Shown: piece by piece, positions 1 to 7,944 of the stretch | Numbering within the stretch: the first letter of the stretch is position 1 | How the letters are laid out: the number at the start of each line of letters is the position of its first letter | Assembly: GCA_963718895.1 (NCBI GenBank) | Contig: CAVRAG010000007.1 | Location: 544,001 to 608,000 of the forward strand | Reading direction: 5' to 3' | DNA length: 64,000 nt | DNA from: an uncultured Nitrososphaerota archaeon | GTDB lineage: Archaea; Thermoproteota; Nitrososphaeria; Nitrososphaerales; Gagatemarchaeaceae | Made by a program: the position numbers and the translations under genes | Notes under the pieces: model-generated | Databases searched by the model: none | The model's input: the letters and a program-made list of their open reading frames with translations, nothing else | What the model was told of the DNA's origin: nothing

Positions 1-213
1 GCTAATCAGGTCGAGGCCCAGCCCCCCGTACTCCACAGGTGCGTTTATCCCTAGCAGCCCGTACTCGCCCATCTTCCTAAGGAGCTCCCTGGGATACTGG
101 TCGTTCCTGTCCATCCCTTCAGCGAGCGGCGCAATCTCTCGGGCAGCGAAATCCCTGGCCCACTTCCTCAGCTCCTCATGCTCCGGCTTGAGGAGAATCT
201 CCAGAGAAGTCAT
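1..213 (-). CDS. acyl-CoA dehydrogenase, N-terminal part (runs off the window start)
   Basis: Manual translation from ATG at 213: MTSLEILLKPEHEELRKWARDFAAREIAPLAEGMDRNDQYPRELLRKMGEYGLLGINAPVEYGGLGLD, a typical ACAD N-terminal helical domain; adjacent to beta-oxidation genes. Confidence 0.9.
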   Translation of the reverse strand, partial: MTSLEILLKPEHEELRKWARDFAAREIAPLAEGMDRNDQYPRELLRKMGEYGLLGINAPVEYGGLGLDLIS

Positions 214-301
214 GTTTCGAAAAAACCCGCGAATGAGTCTATTTATCAGTTAGGTTCTCGACGAGGGAGTTCGACAGCCCGGTCGAGGGCAGGAAACCCC
301 T

Positions 302-2290
302 TCACTCGCCCTTGAACTCGGGCTCTTTCTTGGACAGGAAGGAGGCGATCCCCTCGGAGGCGTCCTCCGTGGAGAGCAGCATCGCGAACCCTCCGGCCTC
401 GAAGGACTGGCCGACGTCAGGGGGAGACTGCGTCGCGACGTTCAACGCGTGCTTGGAGAACTTGAGCGAAAGCGGCGCCCGCTTCGCAAGACGGCTCGCA
501 AACTCCTCGACGCCTGAGCGAAACTCTGCGTTTGCGAAGACTCTGTCCACAAGCCCGGCCCCGAGCGCCTCGCCCGAAGAGAGCCTGCTCCCGAAGTAGA
601 TCATCTCTCTCGCCTTGGCCAACCCGACGAGCTTCAGGAGCCTCTGCGTCCCCCCGGCGCCGGGGATTATGCCGAGGTCCGTCTCGGTCAGGCCAATCTG
701 ACTCGAGTCGGACGCGAGCCTGAAGTCACAGGCGAGGGCAAGCTCGCACCCCCCGCCGAAGGCGAACCCGTTTATCGCCGCGATCACCGGCTTGGGCATC
801 CTCTCGAACGTGGTGAACACCTCGTACATCCTCCTCGAAGCATCGAACGCCTTCACAGGTGAGCTGAACCCGAAACTGGTAAGGTCTGCCCCGGCGCTGA
901 AGGCCCTCCCTCCCTCACCCGTCAGGATGACGACCCTTATCGACCTATCCGAGGCGACCTCCTTTGCAGCCGCTTCCAGCTCCTCTGTCATCTTTGGGGT
1001 TATGGTGTTGAGCCTGTGCGGCCTGTTCAGCGAAATCCAGGCAAGAGGGGGAACCTTCCTGAGGATGAGCTCCTCCAGCGTCCTCGTGCTGGAGGAGTAC
1101 TCGTAGAACCCCTTGCCTGAAGCCACGCCCAGGGACCCATTCTTGACCATCTCTTCCAGGAGGGGATCAGGCGTATACTCGGACCCGTAGCGGGTCTGCT
1201 TCTCCTTCAGGACCGCCACAATCCTGTCGAGTCCCCACCTGTCCGCCATCTGGAGCAATCCGTCGGGGAAGCCCAGCCCGAGCTTGACCGAGACGTCAAG
1301 GTCCTCCTTTGAGCAGACCTGGTTCCTGAGCAGCCAGGCCGCAGCGTTCACGGCCGCACTGAAGAATAGGAGCGGGTCAGTGCTCTCCCCCGTCTCCTTG
1401 CTTAACCGAGGCCTGTCGCCCGCGGCCCCATAGACGTAGAAGCCCTCGCCTGACTTCTTCCCAAGCTTCCCTTGCTTGAACTTCTCGCTGAAGAGGGGAG
1501 CTGTGTCAAGTGCCGAAGGCTCCCGAGACTTCACTGCCACTGCAGCTTTGCAGATCACATCGATGCCTGTGTAGTCGGCCAGCTCGAAGAGGCCCATTGG
1601 AAGGCCGACCTTATGGACGGTTGCCGAGTCCACCTGCTCGATCGAGGCCTGACCCCGGTCAACCATCCATGCAGCTTCATTCAGCAGGGGCCCCAGAATC
1701 CTATTGACGATAAAACCCGGGACGTCCTTCTTGCACAGGACGACCTGTTTCCCCAGAGCCTTCGAGAACGAGATTGCGGCATCGACTGTCTTCTCGTCGG
1801 TCAGGTCCCCCCGGATCACCTCGACCAGGGGCATCAAGACGGGCGGATTGAAGAAGTGCATCCCTACGACACTCTCCGGCCTCGAGGTCGCCGCGGCTAT
1901 TTCGGTGATCGGTATCGTGCTCGTGTTCGACGCGAATATGGCGCGCTTGTTCTCTCGGTCGATTTCCTGGAAGACCTTGGTCTTGACCGAGAGCTCCTCG
2001 GGGACGGCCTCAATGATCAGGTCGAGGGGAGCCATGGAGCGCAGGTCGAGCGTTGTGTGGATCCGACCGAGCACCTCTTGGCTCTTTCCCGGGGCGAGCA
2101 CGCCCTTCTCCTCCAGCTTCGAGACGCTCCAACGGATCTTGTCGAGCCCTGCGTCCAAGAAGTCCTGCTGGACGTCAAAGATGGTGACCTCGAAACCTGC
2201 GAGAGCCGCGGCCTCGGATATCCCGTGGCCCATGGTGCCAGCGCCCAGCACTCCGACACTCCGAATCTGAGTTACCAATGTCCTTTCCAA
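302..2290 (-). CDS. bifunctional 3-hydroxyacyl-CoA dehydrogenase / enoyl-CoA hydratase (archaeal HAD-ECH order)
   Basis: GxGxMG Rossmann motif, ASNTS, GMHFFNP and KDVPGFIVNR, followed by crotonase motifs AFSAGAD, GGGCELALACD and PGAGGTQRL. Confidence 0.93.
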   Translation of the reverse strand: MERTLVTQIRSVGVLGAGTMGHGISEAAALAGFEVTIFDVQQDFLDAGLDKIRWSVSKLEEKGVLAPGKSQEVLGRIHTTLDLRSMAPLDLIIEAVPEELSVKTKVFQEIDRENKRAIFASNTSTIPITEIAAATSRPESVVGMHFFNPPVLMPLVEVIRGDLTDEKTVDAAISFSKALGKQVVLCKKDVPGFIVNRILGPLLNEAAWMVDRGQASIEQVDSATVHKVGLPMGLFELADYTGIDVICKAAVAVKSREPSALDTAPLFSEKFKQGKLGKKSGEGFYVYGAAGDRPRLSKETGESTDPLLFFSAAVNAAAWLLRNQVCSKEDLDVSVKLGLGFPDGLLQMADRWGLDRIVAVLKEKQTRYGSEYTPDPLLEEMVKNGSLGVASGKGFYEYSSSTRTLEELILRKVPPLAWISLNRPHRLNTITPKMTEELEAAAKEVASDRSIRVVILTGEGGRAFSAGADLTSFGFSSPVKAFDASRRMYEVFTTFERMPKPVIAAINGFAFGGGCELALACDFRLASDSSQIGLTETDLGIIPGAGGTQRLLKLVGLAKAREMIYFGSRLSSGEALGAGLVDRVFANAEFRSGVEEFASRLAKRAPLSLKFSKHALNVATQSPPDVGQSFEAGGFAMLLSTEDASEGIASFLSKKEPEFKGE

Positions 2291-2400
2291 CGGGTTCCCT
2301 GTCCGCGGGGTTTGTAAACATGATGCGCCCTCACTGACTGGTGACCGGTCCCCGGCGATGAGCAGGTGATCAGAGCTTCAATGCCGACCGGGTGCCCCCG

Positions 2401-3540
2401 TCACGCCACGGCGCCGGCCCTGCGTAGACGCTCTATCTGTTGAGGTCCGTAGCCGAGCCGGCGCAGGACAGGATTCGTGTGCTCCCCTAGCGAAGGCGAG
2501 CCTCTCTCGGTCCCTGCGGAGGCGAAGCGGAGAGGCTGGTTCACCACCGGCGTGCCGCCCAGCTTCGTCACGGCCCCGGTCTCCCTAGCCCACTCCGAGT
2601 CCAGCGCCTCGCCGATGTTCAGAACGGGCGTGACGCAGGTCTCCACCCCCATCAGGAGTTCCGACCAGACCTCCTGGGTCCTGGAAGCAAAGACCCTCCT
2701 CATCTCCCTTGCCAGCCTAGACCGGTCGCGCTCTGTCCCGTCTCGCAGGTGTGCGAGGCGAGAGAGACCGAGAGCGCGCATCAGGTTCTCCCAGAAGCGG
2801 GGCTCGACGGCAGCGACCGCCAGATACTTCCGGTCGGCCGTCTGATAGATTCTGTAGTAGGGCTCGGAGCCGAAGACCATTCCCTTCCCGCGCAGAGCGG
2901 ACTCCCCCGTCGCGAAGTACGACGAGGCAGGGAGGATGAGCAGCGACATCAGCGACTGGACCATGGGCACGTCGATGTACTCCGCCCTCCTGTCCCTACC
3001 CTTCTGGAGGACCGCCAGAATCCCCAGCGCCGCGTACATCCCCGAAACATAGTCCCCAAGTTGAACGAACGGGACCTCGGGCCTTCTCGCCGAGCCCAGC
3101 AGTCCGCTCATGGCCTCGATGTTCAGGTCGTGGGCGGGCATGGAGCTCAGAGGGGACGTGTGGCCGAAGGACGAGATGGAACAGTAGACGATCCTCCTAT
3201 TGAGCTTCCTCACCTCTTCAAAGGAGAAGCCCAGCCTCTCCGCGGCCCCGGGCCGAAAGCCCTCCAAGAAGACGTCGGAGCGCCTGATGAGCCTCCGGAG
3301 GACCTCCTTGCCTTCCTTCTTCTTCAGGTCGATCCCGACGCTCAGTTTACCACTGTTCACCACGGTGTTGGCGAGACTGGAGCCGTCGACGAGGGGTGGT
3401 AGGTCGCGCATGTAGTCACCGAGTCCGGGCTCTTCGACTTTCACGACCTCGGCTCCGTAGGAAGAGAGCAGATGAGTGCAGAATCCGCCCGGAAGGAGCC
3501 GGGTTATGTCGAGGACTTTGATTCCCTTCAGGGGAAGCAT
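2401..3540 (-). CDS. family III CoA-transferase (CaiB/BaiF, AMACR-like)
   Basis: LKGIKVLD, GAEVVKVE, FRPG, HDLN and C-terminal PSLGEHT motifs. Confidence 0.92.
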   Translation of the reverse strand: MLPLKGIKVLDITRLLPGGFCTHLLSSYGAEVVKVEEPGLGDYMRDLPPLVDGSSLANTVVNSGKLSVGIDLKKKEGKEVLRRLIRRSDVFLEGFRPGAAERLGFSFEEVRKLNRRIVYCSISSFGHTSPLSSMPAHDLNIEAMSGLLGSARRPEVPFVQLGDYVSGMYAALGILAVLQKGRDRRAEYIDVPMVQSLMSLLILPASSYFATGESALRGKGMVFGSEPYYRIYQTADRKYLAVAAVEPRFWENLMRALGLSRLAHLRDGTERDRSRLAREMRRVFASRTQEVWSELLMGVETCVTPVLNIGEALDSEWARETGAVTKLGGTPVVNQPLRFASAGTERGSPSLGEHTNPVLRRLGYGPQQIERLRRAGAVA

Positions 3541-3660
3541 GGCGGGGGGGCCGCTGCGCCGCGCATAAAACCTAAAAGAAGCGAATAAGCGGTCTCAGAA
3601 GACGATGAGGTTTACGCCGTCCCAGTCTGATCCCGGGATAGCTCCATGGGAAAATGATGA

Positions 3661-3680
3661 ACTCGCGACGATACTGAGTC
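3661..3680. repeat. direct repeat copy 1: ACTCGC-GA-CGATACTGAGTC
   Basis: 12-bp exact core at 3669-3680 is identical to 5139-5150, plus a shared ACTCGC. Confidence 0.85.
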
Positions 3681-3840
3681 GTTCTGATAACTCCGGAGGG
3701 AGGCTCGTGTCTCCCTCCGAGTTAGCTTCGAGGCATCGACTCTAAGGATTAGGGGCTCTCCCACACTAGCCACATTCCCCTTCATTGCTTCAACTGCCCC
3801 GCCTTTCGCCTCCTCAGGCAGGGAACGGTCGAACGTCAAC
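3661..3840 (-). ncRNA. predicted TnpB omegaRNA (scaffold overlapping the tnpB 3' end, plus guide at about 3661-3680)
   Basis: Long hairpin TAACTC-GGAGGGAG..CTCCCTCC-G-GAGTTA at 3688-3724, followed by TCAGAAC; omegaRNAs are known to overlap tnpB 3' ends. The 5' boundary is a guess. Confidence 0.55.
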
Positions 3841-5128
3841 CGCCCCCTCCGAGCTTGATTCACTGCCGCCACCACATCTCGGTCCCTCCATCTCTTGCAT
3901 CCAGGACACCACAGCCGTCTGTGTCTCTCTCTGCTATCTTGGAGTCTCTCCCCGCATCGATAGCAAGTTGTTGACGTACCCCTTGTCTCCCCCTTGGTCA
4001 GGTGGATAATGGGCACTCCATCCCATGCAGCCTTGTATTCTATCTGCCTCTGCGCTTCGCGAAAGGTCCATGAATTCATTCTGCGCCTGTGTGTCACCCC
4101 TTGCCGATTGCCACGTCTGTACAGCGCCCGAATACCGGTGATATTTTCCAGAACGATGGCCTCTCCATTGGCATGTGCCTCATTGACTATGAATCTGGTC
4201 GCACAATGGAGGAGGTGGTTGATTCTGTTCCTTCTGCGAGTACCGTACTTGGAGGCAATTGCCTTCAACACTCGCGGTCGTTCCGCTTGAACGATCCGAC
4301 TACTTCCCCAGTTGTTTCTGCTATCTCCACCGCCTTTCCAAGATCAAGATGGACAACCCTCTCTCCATTGCCGTAGGTTAGGTTGCGCAGATTTCTATCC
4401 AGGCCTGATGTGGTCTTGAAGTCCATCGGTTCCACAACTTTCGAGAAAGTTATGCTTACTGCGTGCTCCGTAAGCGTGAAAGATCGAATCCTCGAATCTA
4501 GGCTTGACAGCATTTCTTGAGTGTGAGCATCGAGTTCGATGACATATCGTTCCCTTTTTCGAATCGGTATCTTCAGCATTCCATTCTCTACGGAGAAACC
4601 GTAACAAGACGTGACCATCAGCCTAAGAGCGTAAGGGTCTCTTGTCCTAATGCCTCTCCTAATCGACTTCTTCCTCGATGACAGTATTCCAGCAGCTCTT
4701 GATATCGCACAGAGCTTGTAATAGGATAGGCAGTCATATCGCCCAAGGGCTTTGTAGCTCAGCCTAGAGAGTCTCCTAAGGGTAGAAGCATCGTTAGCAA
4801 GTCCAATTCTGATGCAGTCGTTGGTCATGCACCTGAACGTCTCGAGCAAAGGAAGGAGTTCTTTCGGTAGATCGCATCGTTGTTTGACCGATTTCATTGC
4901 CACCAAAGGCAGAGAACACTTGACTTTCGAATCGGCGGGTGCAGATGAGGACCTGTGCTCTCCTCTAATCGGTGGGTCGCACGAGCCGCCTGCAAGAGTT
5001 GGAAAGGAGGTAGGCTCTGGGAGTCGCTTGCCCGTTTCGGAGCACCGAGTCCTTGGCTCGCGGGCGTCGTTCATGGATAGTGATAATTGCAATCAATAAA
5101 AGGACAGCGGAGTCGATTTTGATCTGCG

Positions 5129-5150
5129 ACTCGCTTTTCGATACTGAGTC
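5129..5150. repeat. direct repeat copy 2: ACTCGC-TTTT-CGATACTGAGTC (candidate TnpB target)
   Basis: 12-bp exact match to 3669-3680; abuts AATAAA at 5151-5156. Confidence 0.85.
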
Positions 5151-5187
5151 AATAAAGTATTCAAGAGGCCCCTGGGAAACACCAGGG

Positions 5188-5376
5188 ATGCTCGTAATCA
5201 AAAGTGTGAAGGTCCACGGCGATACCCACAAGGTCCTCAAGCTGATCAAGGAACAGAGGCGGGCCAAGAGCATGGACGAGGTCGTCAGGGACCTGGTCAG
5301 GGGTGCCACGGGCAAGAGCGTCGAGCAGTTCGCGTCGCAGAAGAAGAACTCGAAGCTCACGTCCTTCATAGAGTAG
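5188..5376 (+). CDS. small ribbon-helix-helix / VapB-like DNA-binding protein
   Basis: MLVIKSVKVHGDTHKVLKLIKEQRRAKSMDEVVRDLV has the beta-strand plus two-helix pattern (KSVKV...SMDEVV); codon usage is host-like from 5188. Confidence 0.65.
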   Translation: MLVIKSVKVHGDTHKVLKLIKEQRRAKSMDEVVRDLVRGATGKSVEQFASQKKNSKLTSFIE

Positions 5377-5419
5377 CGACGCAAGACAGAAATATCAAGT
5401 TGGGAGAGTGTCCAACTCG

Positions 5420-5566
5420 ATGGCCAAGTTCGACGGCATAGTCGAGAAGAGGCTCCTCACGGTGACGGAGAAGGAGAACGAGTTGACGCTGGTCTTTGAG
5501 GACAACAGGTACCTCTTCCTCTCACTGAAGGACGGAAAGCTTCACTCCGAGAGTGTCCCGGAGTAA
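5420..5566 (+). CDS. 48-aa hypothetical protein (below the ORF-track cutoff)
   Basis: MAKFDGIVEKRLLTVTEKENELTLVFEDNRYLFLSLKDGKLHSESVPE; host-like codon usage and an AT-rich box about 25 nt upstream. Confidence 0.7.
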   Translation: MAKFDGIVEKRLLTVTEKENELTLVFEDNRYLFLSLKDGKLHSESVPE

Positions 5567-5645
5567 GCCTCGCTGTCCGCGCGGCAGGGCTCCGCGAGAT
5601 GACTCTTAGGCACTGAGGTTCCTCTTGCAGGCGGGCGAGTCGGAC

Positions 5646-6245
5646 CTAGACTTCCGCTTCGTCTTCCTTGATCCCGGACTTGTCGATGGTGAGTATGTCG
5701 ATGCCGTTCCCGCTCATCGAGTCCCTTGCGATCGCCGCCCTAATCGAGGTGATCAGAAGCTCCTTTGCATCTTTGTAGGAGAGTGACGGAGCGAAGCCGC
5801 CCTCGATGACACCCACGGCCATCTCTGCGCCCGTCCCGACCGCTGCATAGTCGTCGGCGATTACGCTCCCGAGCGGGTCCAGGACCCAGACCTTGGGCTT
5901 TACGTCGATCCCGCCCAGGATGACCTGGGTGATGAACGGGGCGTACCGCTGCTCGAACATTATGACTGACATCAGCTTCGCCACCGCCCCCGGCCTCAGA
6001 GTCCTCTTGACCTCGAGCTCCTTCAGCTTTGTGTAGACTCCTACCTGACGTACGAGGTTCTGCATGTCGCCCACCATCCCGGCGCAGACGGCTCCCGTGC
6101 TGTCGGTGACCTTGAAGACCTTCCGTCCAGACTTGCTGAGCACGTAGTTGGCGAGCGTTATCCTCCTCTCCGCACCGAGCACTACCCCGTCCTTGTAGGT
6201 GATTCCAACCGCGGTGGCGCCGGGGATGTAAGCATCGAATGACAA
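5646..6245 (-). CDS. psmB: proteasome beta subunit (likely non-catalytic paralogue)
   Basis: PGATAVGITYKDGVVLGAERR, LDPLGS and RDSMSGNGID; Ala where the catalytic Thr1 is expected. Confidence 0.9.
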   Translation of the reverse strand: MSFDAYIPGATAVGITYKDGVVLGAERRITLANYVLSKSGRKVFKVTDSTGAVCAGMVGDMQNLVRQVGVYTKLKELEVKRTLRPGAVAKLMSVIMFEQRYAPFITQVILGGIDVKPKVWVLDPLGSVIADDYAAVGTGAEMAVGVIEGGFAPSLSYKDAKELLITSIRAAIARDSMSGNGIDILTIDKSGIKEDEAEV

Positions 6246-6280
6246 TTAAACGACCGAGATAAGCCGCCGTCGGCACCTTA

Positions 6281-7327
6281 TTAGCTATTTTGCTCGTTCG
6301 GCCTGATCGACAGAATCCAGGCGGGTCCTGAGGGCTCGACCGAGTAATCCACCTTCATGAACTGTTGCGCTACGTGGAGGCTCGTCCTGAGGTGTTCGGT
6401 GACCTCCGGCGTCACCAGCGAGGACGGGCCCTTGGCGAGGCAGAGGAGCGGGGCCAGCATGTCGGCTAGGTGTGGGTCGACGCAGGCACCGGTGGTGAAG
6501 AACTTTCCGAATCTCCACGCCGCCTCAGACCCCACTCTCAGAGCTGGTTTCCCCCGGGCCCCGATCGAGTCCGCTCCGACGAAGCACGAGTCGTCGACCG
6601 CGCTGACGAGAATCGAACTCCCCGGCGAGAGTGATTCCTCCAGACGGACGTCGACCGTATCCGCCGACAGGCCGAAGCGACCCAGCTCCGAGACCGCCGC
6701 AGACACCTGCTGCTCGGGCACCCGCTTCGGCAGCATGCCGGCTCTGCTGACCAGGGAGATGGGAGGGTCTTTCGTCCTTGTCGGCAGGTCCAGGGGCACG
6801 ACCCCGCGGCACGGTTCTATGCGAATCACCGCCCTGCCGCCTCCGCTCGGGTAGTACCCCCTCTTTGAGACCTCCAGCGAGAAGGTGATTCCGATCTGTC
6901 TCAGGCTCGGCGACAGCACGGTGCTGACGTAGTCCGAGGTCGGGCTCCAGGGAACATCCGTACCTCCGATGAGCTCGAGCTCGAGTCCGACCCCGGAGAG
7001 CGAGATGGCTGGGATCAGCGCCTGGAGTACGAGCGTGACGCTTGCCGCCGTCCCCATGTCGAGGGTGAGGGACCTGTTCTCGGGTCGGCCGGGTGTGAAG
7101 GTGAACTCGGTGGACCCTATCCCCCCGCCCTGGAGTGTCCCTCCGCAGACCTTGCGGAGTATCTCGAGTGTCGCGGCGTGCTGCGGCCTCAGGCCCGGCA
7201 CTCTTCGCCCGGCCCTGACCTTGGTCACCCGGATTGGTCTATCGAGGATTATCGAGAAGAACGTCGCCGTTCGAACAGTCTGTCCGCCGCCCTCGCCGAA
7301 CGAACCATCGATCTCAAGGACCGTCAA
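6281..7327 (-). CDS. rtcA: RNA 3'-terminal phosphate cyclase
   Basis: IDGSFGEGGGQ, GLRPQH, GGTDV, RGYYPSGGG and DPHLADM; likely TTG start at 7327. Confidence 0.93.
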   Translation of the reverse strand: MTVLEIDGSFGEGGGQTVRTATFFSIILDRPIRVTKVRAGRRVPGLRPQHAATLEILRKVCGGTLQGGGIGSTEFTFTPGRPENRSLTLDMGTAASVTLVLQALIPAISLSGVGLELELIGGTDVPWSPTSDYVSTVLSPSLRQIGITFSLEVSKRGYYPSGGGRAVIRIEPCRGVVPLDLPTRTKDPPISLVSRAGMLPKRVPEQQVSAAVSELGRFGLSADTVDVRLEESLSPGSSILVSAVDDSCFVGADSIGARGKPALRVGSEAAWRFGKFFTTGACVDPHLADMLAPLLCLAKGPSSLVTPEVTEHLRTSLHVAQQFMKVDYSVEPSGPAWILSIRPNEQNS

Positions 7328-7406
7328 CCCGCGCCTCCAAGAAAGACTGCCGGGTCCGGCCACCCCGAAAACCGCTTAAATAGTCAACGAAACTCGGTTT
7401 GAAGAG

Positions 7407-7943
7407 ATGCCCAAGACAGGGGTGGGGCTCTTCGTGGGGAGGTTTCAGCCCTTTCACAACGGACACCTCGCCGCGGTGAAGTACGCCCTCAAGCACGTCG
7501 ACTACTTGTACATAGTCGTGGGGAGCGCGCAGAGGAGTCACGAGCGCGACAACCCGTTCACCGCAGGCGAGAGGATAATGATGATCAAGGCGGCCCTAGA
7601 CGAGGCGGGGGTAGACGCTAGGAGGTGGATGCTGATACCAATCAACGACGCGCAGTCGCACTCGGTCTGGACGGCGACGCTGAAGTCCACGGTCCCGAAG
7701 TTCGACACCGTCTATTCCAACGACACACTCACCATACGCCTCCTGAAGGAGGAAGGCATCACGGTCACACCCATACCTTACCTCAACAGGAGCGAGTACT
7801 CAGCGACGAACATCAGGACCAGGATCCTGGAGAGGAAGGACTGGAAGACCCTCGTGCCTCCCGCGGTGGAGCGGATGGTGAAGGACCTTGACGGGGTCGG
7901 CAGGGTCCGGAGCATGATCACGAAGGACACGGAGGCGTCATAG
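7407..7943 (+). CDS. nadM: nicotinamide-nucleotide adenylyltransferase
   Basis: GRFQPFHNGH, GSAQRSH, NPFTAGER and SATNIR. Confidence 0.95.
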   Translation: MPKTGVGLFVGRFQPFHNGHLAAVKYALKHVDYLYIVVGSAQRSHERDNPFTAGERIMMIKAALDEAGVDARRWMLIPINDAQSHSVWTATLKSTVPKFDTVYSNDTLTIRLLKEEGITVTPIPYLNRSEYSATNIRTRILERKDWKTLVPPAVERMVKDLDGVGRVRSMITKDTEAS

Positions 7944-7944
7944 C

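Larger units (their letters stand above)
3612..4897 (-). mobile_element. tnpB: TnpB RNA-guided endonuclease (IS200/IS605 family, no tnpA nearby), split by a frameshift near 4270
   Basis: Two overlapping ORFs give RuvC-I GLDRN, RuvC-II IVLEN, SWTFREAQRQIEYKA, zinc finger CYRC..CPGC and RuvC-III DRDVVAAVN. Likely start is ATG 4897 (MKSVKQ) or TTG 4906. GC is visibly lower than the flanks. Confidence 0.88.

Noticed and set aside
3612-5092. Cas12f CRISPR effector
   Set aside because: No repeat-spacer array and no cas1/cas2/cas4 in the window; the 3' hairpin arrangement fits TnpB
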